Source: an uncultured delta proteobacterium
GTDB taxonomy: Bacteria > Desulfobacterota > Binatia > UBA9968
Reading direction: 5' to 3'
NCBI GenBank assembly: GCA_963760795.1
Contig: CAVXEP010000003.1
Location: forward strand, 128,001-192,000
DNA: 64,000 nt
The position numbers and the translations under genes are program-made. The notes below the pieces were generated by a model. It had not been told where the DNA came from. It saw only the letters and a list, made by a program, of their open reading frames with translations, and did not search any database. Of the stretch, positions 1-9,788 are shown in pieces. How positions within the stretch are numbered: the first letter of the stretch is position 1; each line of letters starts with the position of its first letter.

Positions 1-467
1 TAGATCGCTGGTCAGAAAAAATTCCAGGTCGATGATCGCAGCCGGCGCATTGAGATTTCTGAAATCGCCGTAGATCCCGTTGACGGCGCCTTCCAACACA
101 TAGCTCGGCGCCTGGCTATTCGATCGCGCTGATGACATACTTGAAAAGCTGCGCGCCGATCAAACTCTTGCGAATCTCTTCGCTGATCAATCCGGCCGGC
201 GGGGCGATAAATTGATTGTAAAAATCGGTCTCGAAACCGCTGTCCGAAATCCGATAGACAAAACTTCGATCCTGGTAGCGCGGCGAAATACGCAAAGTCG
301 ACACTTGCAAAATTTCATTATGAACCGCCCCGCCGGCCGGCGCCGGCGCGCGCACTTCCAAGACATAGAAACGCTTCTCGGGATAGCTGCGTTCAAGGGT
401 GACGCAACCGCTGGCCAGCATGGCCAACATTGCTGCGGCCACAGATAAGAGTCCTAAATGATTTCAT
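1..467 (-). CDS. ABC-type transport auxiliary lipoprotein (PqiC-like), frameshifted, runs off the window edge
   Basis: Lipobox LASGC followed by RFYVLE...TLRISPRY...FVYR; last gene of the Mce operon; ATG overlaps the MlaD-family stop (ATGA at 464-467). Confidence 0.8.
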
Positions 468-1513
468 CGTTGCATCACCTTCGAGGGCGGCGGCGGCGCG
501 CCGAACAACACCTGGGATGGATACTTGCGCGAACTTTCCGTGAGCTCTTTGATGTCATTGGAAACCGCTTGCAAGTTCTCGACTGTGGCAGCGATCCCCT
601 GCTGCTGGGTCGCGATCAATCGGTTCATGCGCTGTAAGGTTTGCCGGAGCTGGGCGCTGGTATCCGGCAAATCGGCGGTGACCGAATCGAGCCGTTTGAC
701 CATCCGCTCCAAACTCTCTGCGGCGCGCGGCAAATCGGCGAGCATCTGATTGACCGGCGCTTGGGCGCGCTCGATGATCTGGCGCGCGCCGCTCGCCGCC
801 GCCGCGCTGTCTTTGAAGGCGGATTTGATATCGCTGCTGCCGATCAACTCTTTCAACTGGCGATTGGTGTCGCGCACTTCGGTCAAAAACGCATTGGCCT
901 GACCGCCGAGTTTATCGAAGTTCGCCCCTTCGGCGACTTTGGTGATCGTCAGCAGCGATTTTTCCAGACCGTCGACCAGCCGGCCGACATCGATGTCTTC
1001 CACGCTGCGGAGAATTTTTTCCACCGATTCGCTCAGCTGGGTAATGCGGCTGCGGCTCGACGGCACATAGGGATAATGGGGCTGCCAATCGATCTCCAGC
1101 GGTGGATTGCGCGCCGGATCCTGATAATCCGCCTCGATATAGGCCACACCGGTGACGCCTTGGGACGCCAGTCGGACGCGCAAACCTTTTTCGACTTCAG
1201 CCTGGAAACTTGGCGAGCCGGCATCGGCGAGAAATATTTTCGTCGTCAGGCCGATGCGCACCAAAACGTAGCGGCGCTTGGTCGGGTACTCGGCGCTGGT
1301 CAGGCTAATCGTCTCGACCTTGCCGACTTGCACGCCGCGGAATTTCACCGACGAGCCGACGTCGAGCCCCTGCACCGATTCGTCGATGTAAGTCTCGACC
1401 AGGACTTTTTTTTGAAAGATCGTGCCGACGCCGAGGGCGACCACGCCGATGGCGCCGATGATCGTGCCGACGATGACGAACAGACCGATCTTGAAGTAGC
1501 TGGCTTTTTCCAT
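464..1513 (-). CDS. MlaD/MCE-family protein with long helical C-terminus
   Basis: N-terminal TM (FKIGLFVI), MCE motif ESVQGLDVGSSVKFRGVQVGKV, ends YPSQVLFG-PPP. Confidence 0.9.
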   Translation of the reverse strand: MEKASYFKIGLFVIVGTIIGAIGVVALGVGTIFQKKVLVETYIDESVQGLDVGSSVKFRGVQVGKVETISLTSAEYPTKRRYVLVRIGLTTKIFLADAGSPSFQAEVEKGLRVRLASQGVTGVAYIEADYQDPARNPPLEIDWQPHYPYVPSSRSRITQLSESVEKILRSVEDIDVGRLVDGLEKSLLTITKVAEGANFDKLGGQANAFLTEVRDTNRQLKELIGSSDIKSAFKDSAAAASGARQIIERAQAPVNQMLADLPRAAESLERMVKRLDSVTADLPDTSAQLRQTLQRMNRLIATQQQGIAATVENLQAVSNDIKELTESSRKYPSQVLFGAPPPPSKVMQR

Positions 1514-1519
1514 TCCCGG

Positions 1520-2332
1520 TGTATTAGACGGCTAAGCAATGTGCTCTCCGGTGCTACGTTGGGTTATCGGCGGACGGCTGCCGGGAAAAAAACTGCCGCA
1601 CCCAGGGATTGTCGCTGCGATCGCGCAACTCCTGGGGTTTACCCGTGGCGACGATGCCCTTGACGCTGTTTATCCAACATAATCACCCGGTCCGCAATCG
1701 CGAAGATGCTCGCCAGCTCGTGGCGTGACGATGACAAAAGTTATTTTCAAGCTGCGCGCCAGCGACAAGATCAAATCGTCGAGTTCCGCCGAGGTGATCG
1801 GATCGAGCCCGGCCGACGGCTCGTCGAGAAACAGCATCTGCGGGTCGAGCGCCATGGCGCGGGCGATGGCGGCGCGCTTCTGCATGCCGCCGCACAGCTC
1901 CGACGGCATGTGATCGTCGAAGCCGCCAAGCCCGACCCGCTCGCAGCTTCATCGCGCGCGATCAGGCGAATCGCATCCGGCGGCAGATCGGTAAACTCCT
2001 CCAGCGGCAGACAGACATTTTCCAGCAGCGTCATCGAGCCGAACAGCGCGCCGCTCTGATACATGACGCCGAATTTTCGTAGATAGTCGTTGGCGCTCTC
2101 GCGCCTTCCACCGTGGCGATGTCGTCGCCGTCGATGAGGATGGTGCCCGCCGCCGGCGCATACAAGCCGATCATATGTTTGAGCAGCGTGCTCTTGCCGC
2201 AGCCCGAGCCGCCGAGAATGACGAACACTTCGCCGCGGTAGACTTCGAAGCTGAGCTGCTTGAGAATCACCTGGCCGTCGTAGGCCGCGGTAAAACCCTC
2301 CACTCGAATGAGCGTCGTCGCCGGTCGGTCAT
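1520..2332 (-). CDS. ABC transporter ATP-binding protein (MlaF/Mkl-like), split by several frameshifts; 3' end approximate
   Basis: Walker A GGSGCGKST, YQSGALFGSMTLLENV, signature GGMQKRAAIARA and Walker B LFLDEPSAGLDP found in successive frames. Confidence 0.85.
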
Positions 2333-2341
2333 GAGTGCTTG

Positions 2342-3482
2342 TCAGACCCAGAGGTAATAATAGATCACCGAAAAAATCCCGTCGGTGATGACGATCAGAA
2401 TGATGCCGCTCACCACCGCGTGGGTGGTGGACAAGCCGACGGCGCTGGCGCCGGTCTCGGTTTGCAGGCCGCGCAAGCAGCCGATGGCGGCGATCAGGAT
2501 GCCGAAGACGAAGGCCTTGACCAGCCCGCCGACCAAAGAACCGTAACTCACCGCCGACTGGAGTTGATGAAAAAAAGTGATCAGCGGAAAGCCGAGAGAC
2601 ATCATGACCACGGAGCCGCCCATCACGCCGAACAGATCGGCGAACACCGTGAGCAGCGGCGTCATGACCACGCGCGGCGAGCACCCGCGGCACGACCAGA
2701 AACCGCACCGGCTCCAGCCCCATGGTTTTGAGCGCGTCGATTTCCTCGCGCACCTTCATGGTGCCGATCTCGGCGGCGAAGGCCGAGCCCGAGCGGCCGG
2801 CGAGGATGATCGCGGTCATCAGCGGACCCATCTCGCGCAGCACCGACAAGCCGATCAGGTTGGCGACGAAGATCTCGGCGCCGAATTGGCGCAAGGCGAC
2901 CGCCGCCTGAAACGCCATGATGACGCCGACAAGAAAACTCAGCAAGGCGACGATCGGCAGCGCATTGACGCCGAGCTCTTCGGCGACGAGTAAAGTATCG
3001 CGCCAACGAACCATGCTGGGATGAAGCGCGGCCTTGACCAAGGCAAGACCGAGTTGGCCGATAAAACTAATCACCTCGCGCACATCGTCCCAGAGTTGCA
3101 CCGCCGACCGGCCAACCTCTTCGGCCAGCGGCACGCGAACTTTGGCTTTGCTCGGGGTAGTGTCGCTGCTGCCCTGGGACCAGTCGTCGAGCAGCTCTTG
3201 GAACTCCGGCCGCAGGCCGTGGATCTCCAGCTTGCCGCCGGCTTTTTGTTGCAGCCGGCGCAATTGAATCAGCAGGGCGATGCCGGAACCGTCACAATAA
3301 TCCATCGCTGAAGCGTCGAGATTCACCGTCGCCGCACGCGCCGCCGCCACGAGCCGGATCGAATCCCGCCACACGCGCCCGGTGCTGTCGGCGTCGAGCC
3401 GGCCGTCGATGGCGAGTTTGAGCAGGCCGTTGCGCGGGCCGTCGCTGCGCAGTTTGGCGCCATTGGAAATGGGTGAATCCAT
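2342..3482 (-). CDS. MlaE-family ABC permease with N-terminal STAS domain, frameshifted near 2670
   Basis: STAS motif LDASAMDYCDGSGIALL; MlaE motifs REMGPLMTAIILAGRSGSAFAAEIGTMKVREEIDAL and GASAVGLSTTHAVV. Confidence 0.9.
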
Positions 3483-3533
3483 TTGAAGCTATTCGCGGTT
3501 GGTGTCTTTATTATGCGCGGTCCATCGGCGCGG

Positions 3534-4841
3534 TCAACTCACCAGCGCAGAGTTTTTTTGCGGTGGGCGTACCGCCAGACTCAAGAACGCCGCGATAATC
3601 AAAGCGACGACGAAGGCCAAGAACGACGACTGGTAGCTGCCGGTAACATCGTGGACAAAACCGAAGAACGGCGCCCCCACGGCGCCGAACGCGTGGGTCA
3701 CGAGAATACCCAGACCGCGCACCATGCCGAGGGAGACGCGACCGAAGTTGGTCGCCCAAATCAATTCTTGCAGCACCCAGCCGCCGCCCAAACCGATGCC
3801 GTAAAGAAAAAAGCCCAAGTAGACCGGCACCATCTGGCCGGTGGCGAGCACCAGCGCCAATCCCGCCGACTGAACCAAAAACATGATTAAGCTGGAATGG
3901 CGGATATCCATGCGCTCGCTGATCACGCCCCACACCATGGTCGAGCCAAGCTGCGTCGACGCGATAATGCTCAGCACCGTCGCCGCTACCAGCGGCGAGA
4001 AGCCGATGTCGGTGACGTAAGCGAACACATGCAGATTCAAACCGGCGATGCCGACGTTGGCCATGCCGTAGATGAAACAGATAAGCCAAAACGCTTTGGT
4101 GCGGATCACTTCGCGCCAGGTCCAGACCACTTCGTCCGCCGACAGGATTGCTTTTTTGTCGTCAGTCGATTGGCTGGCATCCACCGGAACCGCCGGCGCG
4201 TCCATGCCATCCGGCTGCAAGCCCAGTTCTTCCGGGCTGCGCCGCATGAAGATCAAAGCGGGAAACACTACCAGGGCCAAGGTGATCAGACCAAAGATCG
4301 ACCAGGTCAGCCGCCAGCCGACCCAGGCGAACAGCGTCGCGGTCACTATCGGAATACAAACTTTGGCAAATCCCTGACCCATGCTGGCGATGGCGATGGC
4401 CCGCCCGCGTTTGCGCACGAACCAGCGCGACACCGTCACGCTGACGATCATGTGACACATGAACACGCCGCCGATGGCGACGAAAATCCAACGCAGCAAA
4501 AGAAACTGCCAGAACGCGTCGACCTGGCTCATCAGCACGAAACCCAACCCCGCCGAAAGCGCGCCGCCGGCCATCAACCAGCGGCCGCCGAAACGATCGA
4601 CCATCGGTCCCACCAGCGGCGCCATCGCCGCGCCGATGAGGATTTCCCCCGAGCGCAAAAGCGAGAACAAGCCGCGCGACACGCCTAAGTCCTCGGTCAA
4701 CGGTTTCAAGAACACGCTCAGCGTGCTCGACATGTGAAATGCGCAAACGACATGAGAAAGAAAGCCGACGCCGACAATATACCAGCCGTAGAAGAACTTA
4801 CGGTCGGACCGGAAAGATGAAAATGTTGTGGGAGAATTCAA
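3534..4841 (-). CDS. MFS transporter (OFA/monocarboxylate-like)
   Basis: FFYGWYIV N-terminus, motif A GPMVDRFGGR, WFVRKRGRA, about 12 hydrophobic segments; start approximate. Confidence 0.85.
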   Translation of the reverse strand: MNSPTTFSSFRSDRKFFYGWYIVGVGFLSHVVCAFHMSSTLSVFLKPLTEDLGVSRGLFSLLRSGEILIGAAMAPLVGPMVDRFGGRWLMAGGALSAGLGFVLMSQVDAFWQFLLLRWIFVAIGGVFMCHMIVSVTVSRWFVRKRGRAIAIASMGQGFAKVCIPIVTATLFAWVGWRLTWSIFGLITLALVVFPALIFMRRSPEELGLQPDGMDAPAVPVDASQSTDDKKAILSADEVVWTWREVIRTKAFWLICFIYGMANVGIAGLNLHVFAYVTDIGFSPLVAATVLSIIASTQLGSTMVWGVISERMDIRHSSLIMFLVQSAGLALVLATGQMVPVYLGFFLYGIGLGGGWVLQELIWATNFGRVSLGMVRGLGILVTHAFGAVGAPFFGFVHDVTGSYQSSFLAFVVALIIAAFLSLAVRPPQKNSALVS

Positions 4842-4991
4842 GTCACAGCCGTTGCCGGAAAGAGTTTTCAAACTATCAAGAATCGCCGCGATTGTAAAAG
4901 CGCCGCCGGTTGAACCTGCGAGAACCGATGAGATATAAAAAACCCATCCGACAAGCACGGTCACGAACTACGATTACGGAGGAGCCAAGCT

Positions 4992-5343
4992 ATGGCAAAA
5001 AAGGGGCTGAGCCACATCGCGCTTAAAGTGCGCGATTTGAAAAAGACCGAGGACTTCTACGTCGGAATCTTGGGACTAAAAGTAGCGTTCCGCCATCCGC
5101 CCAGCATGATTTTCCTGACCACGCCCGGCAGCGGCGATCTGCTGAACTTCGTCAAGACCGCTCAACGCGTCAACAGCCAACCAAGGCCTCGAACATTTCG
5201 GCTTCAAAGTCACCAGCGCGGAACTGAAAAAGCTCGAAGCAAAATTCAAAAAGCTAGGCATCAAAATCGACGGCCGCCGCGGCAAAACCGCTTTCTACAT
5301 CACCGATCCCAACGGCTATCAACTGGAATACTATTGCGACTGA
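4992..5343 (+). CDS. VOC/glyoxalase family protein, frameshifted
   Basis: GLSHIALKVRDLKKTEDFY at the start; second frame gives GLEHFGFKV...FYITDPNGYQLEYYCD*; GGAG RBS. Confidence 0.85.
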
Positions 5344-5373
5344 CCTGGCGACTCTAAGGAATTGAAGTCACCA

Positions 5374-5520
5374 ATGAGGGAATCAAAAAAAATCCGCATC
5401 ACCGGCGCCGCCCTGATCGGCTGCCACAGCGCCAACGACTTGACCCAGCGCGGCGACAATTTCACACTCTACGACATCAATCCCAATCAAGCCTAGATCG
5501 ACGCCATCGCCGCAAGCAAC
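5374..5520 (+). pseudogene. Remnant of an NAD-dependent epimerase/dehydratase N-terminus
   Basis: Translates as KIRITGAALIGCHSANDLTQRGDNFTLYDINPNQA*, a decayed Rossmann start with no continuation. Confidence 0.5.
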
Positions 5521-5560
5521 GATGCGCGAGAGCATAATCCTTCGCGGTGCATCTTCCTTT

Positions 5561-5600
5561 TCCCAACTTTGTGACCCTTGCGTTCTTTGCGGCCAATTCT
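5561..5600. repeat. Intergenic interspersed repeat (TTTGCG-type), copy 1
   Basis: TCCCAACTTTGTGACCCTTGCGTTCTTTGCGGCCAATTCT closely matches 39377-39416. Confidence 0.7.
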
Positions 5601-5625
5601 CCGATCCGGCATCTTCACTTTGCGC

Positions 5626-6683
5626 TCAAAATAAACTCAACTGGTCCTTCTCCGGCCGGCGGAAATGTTCCGTCGTCAGCTTGGGCCAGCGTTCGGTGAT
5701 CCCCGACTTCTTGCGCGCTAGTTGAAACAGCGCCGCCATCTGCTCGGCGTAAATCCCCTCGCCGCGCATGCGCGATTTGAAGTTGGGATCGTTGAGCTTG
5801 CCGCCGCGGATCTCGCGCACGCGGTGAAGAATTTTATCTTTTTTGTCGGGATAGTGCTGGCCGAGCCACTGTCTCGAACAATTCTTTAACGGCGAACGGC
5901 AACCGCAACGCCACGTAACCGGAGAACGTCGCGCCGGCCTGCGCCGCGGCGACGGCGATGGCCGGCGCTTCGGAGTCAGTCAGGCCGGGAATCATCGGCG
6001 CTTGCAGATACCCCACCGGCACGCCGGCGTCGGCTAATTTTCGAATCGCCGCCAGACGGCGGGCCGGAGTAGAGCCGCGCGGTTCCAGCGCCGACGCGAG
6101 TTTCCCATCCAGTGTCGTTAACGAGATCGTCACGCCGATGCAGTCAAACTTGGCTAACTCTGAAAGAACATCGATGTCACGGGTGACTAAATGGTTCTTG
6201 GTGATGATGACTACTGGATTGCGAAACTCCAAAAGTACTTCCAAGCAGCGCCGGGTCAGCCGGTATTTATTTTCCGCCGGTTGATAGCAATCGGTGACGC
6301 CGCTCATGCCAAGCAGCTGCGGTCGCCAATTGCGACTCGACAATTCCTTTCGCAGCAGTTCCGGCGCGTCCTCCTTGACCATGATCTTGGTCTCGAAGTC
6401 CAGGCCGGCGGAGAAGCCGAGATACTCGTGCGTCGGACGAGCGTAGCAATAAACGCAACCATGCTCGCAGCCGCGATAGGGATTGATGCTGGCATCGAAG
6501 CCGACATCGGGGCTGTCGTTGAAGGCGATCAGGGATTTCGAACTGTCACGGTAAAACTGCGTGTGAGGGGCGGAAACTTCGTCGCTATCCTCTGGCGGCT
6601 CGGGCACCCGATCGATCGGACTCGAAACGGTTTTTCGGGTTGGTCGCCGAACCGCGGCCGCGCAGAGGAGGCGGCGTAATCAT
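5626..6683 (-). CDS. PA0069-family radical SAM protein (SplB-like), frameshifted
   Basis: RGRGSATNPKNRFE start, SINPYRGCEHGCVYCYARPTH (CxxxCxxC), C-terminal LNDPNFKSRMRGEG...QLSLF. Confidence 0.9.
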
Positions 6684-6693
6684 GACTTTGCAA

Positions 6694-7021
6694 CTAGGCG
6701 CTGACTTCGGTCGCTGCAGCAGCTTCGGCAGCCTTGGCTGCGTCAGCAGCCTCTTTGGCTGCGGCAGCCTTAGCGTCGGCTGCGGTCTTCGCGGCTGCGG
6801 CCTTTTCCGCAGTCTCTTTGGCAGCGGCTTCGGCGGCAGCCTTTGCCGCCACAGCCTTCTTCTCGCCAGCGAGCACGCGGCTGGTGCGCTTGAGCAGGCG
6901 GATCTTCCTTTGCAGCAGGCGCACCTTCTTGCGATCGGGTGTTGCAGCGTTGAGTTCAGCCTTTTGTTTGGCTAGTTGGCGGATGTTTTGTTTGACGGTC
7001 GATAATTCGGCTAGCTTCCAT
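6694..7021 (-). CDS. Small basic protein with Ala/Lys-rich tail, frameshifted near the start
   Basis: AGGGAGGG RBS; TVKQNIRQLAKQKAEL...RKKVRLLQRKIRLLKRTSR followed by AAKAAAEAAAKE repeats. Confidence 0.65.
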
Positions 7022-7082
7022 CGAGAAATTCCCTCCCTTTATGAGTCGCTTTTTGGTACCATATTTTTCGACTGAAACTAAA

Positions 7083-7748
7083 ATGACCGCTCAAACGCCG
7101 AAAAGCGCCAATTCCGATCCGCGGGATAACCTCAAAAAGATCCTGCCCCGGCTTGAAAAAACCCACCCCGACGCCAAACTCGATCTCGATTTCACCAATC
7201 CGTTGGAATTGCTGATCGCATTGATCCTCGCCGCACAGGCGCGCGACGATCTGGTCACCAAAGTCACACCAGAACTGTTCAAAGCGAACCAAACCGCCGC
7301 AGACTATGCCGCACTGCCGCTGCCAGAATTGGAAAAGCAGATCGGCAAGATCAACTTCTACCGCAACAAAGCCAAATCGATTCACAACTGTTGCGTGCAA
7401 CTGGTCGAACGCTTCGGCGGGAGAGTTCCCGACAATCTAGCAGACCTCGTCAGCCTCCCCGGCGTCGGCCGTAAGACTGCTAATATCGTCCTCGGCAACG
7501 GTTTCGGCGAGCAAACTATCGGCGTCGACACTCATGTCATGCGTCTATCGCAACGGCTCGGCTTCACGACCAAAACCGATCCGGACAAGATCGAAGCCGA
7601 CCTGATGACAATCGTCCCGAAAAGACAACGGGTGCGCTTCTGCCACCTGATGCAGTACCACGGCCGCCGCGTCTGCTTAGCCAAGAAACCTAAGTGCCCG
7701 GAGTGCACCGTCAAAGATCTCTGTCCATTCCCGGCGAAGACTGAGTAG
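7083..7748 (+). CDS. nth: Endonuclease III
   Basis: HhH motif LPGVGRKTANIVL, VDTHV, [4Fe-4S] motif CLAKKPKCPECTVKDLC. Confidence 0.95.
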   Translation: MTAQTPKSANSDPRDNLKKILPRLEKTHPDAKLDLDFTNPLELLIALILAAQARDDLVTKVTPELFKANQTAADYAALPLPELEKQIGKINFYRNKAKSIHNCCVQLVERFGGRVPDNLADLVSLPGVGRKTANIVLGNGFGEQTIGVDTHVMRLSQRLGFTTKTDPDKIEADLMTIVPKRQRVRFCHLMQYHGRRVCLAKKPKCPECTVKDLCPFPAKTE

Positions 7749-8125
7749 CAACTCAGATTCCGTAGAGGTCTAAACCGATGAAATTCACCTATGGAGAAAT
7801 GGCTCATCGCACAAGAAGTGAAAGTCATTCACGCCGCGATACCGACTTACCGGGTCGCGAAGTCGTGACTCCTCATTGTCGGCGCGCATTTTGCATAGTA
7901 AATCACCGCTAATGAGCGAAATGATTCAAATGAGCATGACCCCTGTCATCACCGACACCAGCCGGATGAAACGGGAGATCGTGCCGGCACTCATCTATCC
8001 GACTCTCAAAGAACGCCTGATGGCGCTCTTAAGCCGCGGCAGGGCGCGGCGCTGCACCTATCGGCATTGTTCGGCAAGCGGATTTTAGTTAGCATCGAAC
8101 CACCAGCGTTGAGCCACCGGAACCC

Positions 8126-8887
8126 ATGAGTGAAATCCTCCAACCACCGTCATCGTCCCATTTGATGCGCGAAGCGCGCGGCCTGATCGAGTTACCGCGG
8201 CTTCTTTTAAGATTTCCCTCCCTCGCGCGCCAGCCGCGCGGCAACGGCGAACCGATTCTCGTCCTTCCTGGCTATGGCGCCGGCGACGGCTCGACGATGA
8301 TTCTCAAGGGCTATTTGCGTCTACTCGGCTATCGAGCGCGGGGTTGGGGTCTGGGCCGAAATCGCGGCGCTGCCAGCGAGTCGCTGCCGCGGCTTTTGCG
8401 GCGGTTGGGAAATTTATCCCGACGGAGCAAGCAAAAGGTCGCCATCATTGGCTGGAGCTTCGGCGGGTACTTGGCCCGCGAGCTGGCGCGCGAGCGTCCC
8501 GACCTCGTTCGTCTGGTGATTACCCTGGGCACGCCGGTCGTCGGCGGCCCCAAATACACGGCTGCGGCGGAATCCTATCGCAAGCGCGGTATCGATGTTG
8601 AAGCCATCGCCGCCGAGGTCGAGCTGCGCAGTAAAATGGCCAACCTGGAGGTACCGGTGGTGGCGATCTACTCGCGCAAGGATTCGGTGGTGGCTTGGCA
8701 AGCATGTATAGACGGTCAAACTCCCAACATCGAACATGTCGAAGTGATATCGACTCACCTCGGATTCGGCTTTTCCGCCGATGTTTACAAAGTTATCGCG
8801 GTGCGGCTAACGCAGTTCAAGGGGCATGGCGTCGCACCCGCGACGCGGCGACGGCAGCGCCTGAAACTAGAGAGGCTGCCGCGCTGA
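8126..8887 (+). CDS. Alpha/beta hydrolase (PGAP1/lipase-like)
   Basis: Oxyanion motif LPGY, nucleophile elbow GWSFGG, YSRKDSVV, catalytic His in STHLG. Confidence 0.85.
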   Translation: MSEILQPPSSSHLMREARGLIELPRLLLRFPSLARQPRGNGEPILVLPGYGAGDGSTMILKGYLRLLGYRARGWGLGRNRGAASESLPRLLRRLGNLSRRSKQKVAIIGWSFGGYLARELARERPDLVRLVITLGTPVVGGPKYTAAAESYRKRGIDVEAIAAEVELRSKMANLEVPVVAIYSRKDSVVAWQACIDGQTPNIEHVEVISTHLGFGFSADVYKVIAVRLTQFKGHGVAPATRRRQRLKLERLPR

Positions 8888-8931
8888 AACGAATCACCGC
8901 AACCAAGCTCGACGATAACGAAAGCGAACCC

Positions 8932-9414
8932 ATGGAAGTCATTGTCTACTGGGTCGGCGCGGCTCTTCTGGTCGGACTCGGTTTGCTCGGACTCGTCCTA
9001 CCCGGCTTACCCGGTGCGCCGTTAATCCTGATGGGTCTCATTCTTGGCGCATGGGCTAACGATTTTACTTACGTCGGCCTGTGGACGATAGTCGTTCTGG
9101 CGATTCTGGCAGGATTGACTTACGCCGTGGACTTTTGGGCGACAATGTTTGGCGCCAAGAAATTCGGCGCATCCAAACGCGCGATCATCGGTGCTCTTAT
9201 CGGAGTCGTCGCCGGCCTGTTTCTCGGCCTGCCCGGTGTCATCTTCGGACCGTTCATCGGCGCGGTGATCGGCGAGCTGTCGGCCCAGAGAAATCTGCAA
9301 CAGGCCGCCCGCGCCGGCATCGGCGCCACCATCGGCTTAGTCCTCGGCGCCGCGCTCAAAATCGCCTTGGCTTTGGCGATGATCGGAATTTTCGCGGTGA
9401 CACGGTTTTTGTAG
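8932..9414 (+). CDS. DUF456 family membrane protein
   Basis: LPGLPGAPL, GAKKFGASKRAIIGA, GPFIGAVIGEL motifs. Confidence 0.85.
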   Translation: MEVIVYWVGAALLVGLGLLGLVLPGLPGAPLILMGLILGAWANDFTYVGLWTIVVLAILAGLTYAVDFWATMFGAKKFGASKRAIIGALIGVVAGLFLGLPGVIFGPFIGAVIGELSAQRNLQQAARAGIGATIGLVLGAALKIALALAMIGIFAVTRFL

Positions 9415-9550
9415 ATTATGAACAGTTAATCAGCGTCGCGCTGCACCGTCGCCGGTGCGAAGGCGGGCAAGCAAACCGCGACGTATTGAACTTGGCGAAC
9501 CCGCCGCAGGCAAACAAGGCTTGCAAGCTAATCGCACGCCTCAACTGGCA

Positions 9551-9662
9551 AGATCCTCGCGGAGTTTATCCCGAGTGTAGCCCAAGGGTTCGGGATGACG
9601 GCTCCCCAAATCTGTCATTTCGGGCCCTTCGGCAAGCTCAGGATAGACTCCGCGAGAAATCT
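9551..9662. repeat. Composite ~50 bp inverted repeat (REPIN-like)
   Basis: Arm 9551-9599 is an imperfect reverse complement of arm 9614-9662, with a ~14 nt spacer. Confidence 0.8.
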
Positions 9663-9788
9663 TTCTCACTCCTAGCACCACGCCAAAATCATACCGACCA
9701 TTACCGTCTGCCACGCTAACAAGTCCCGTTACCTTGAATTGTGATATATCTGCTTTCTGTCGATCCCGAGAGGACCTTAGCGTAATTC

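Noticed and set aside
641-1663. Long plus-strand ORFs opposite real genes (also 38221-39444, 43517-44518, 51293-52591)
   Set aside because: Antisense shadows typical of GC-rich coding DNA; no motifs, and they overlap well-supported genes.
2031-3482. Apparent MlaE-ATPase fusion (483 aa ORF)
   Set aside because: A frameshift near 2670 carries the ORF out of frame into the ATPase; the true MlaE end is in ORF 2342-2671 and the ATPase has its own ATG at 2332.
7778-8088. Short ORFs between nth and the hydrolase
   Set aside because: No recognisable motif or clear RBS; cannot be supported from sequence alone.
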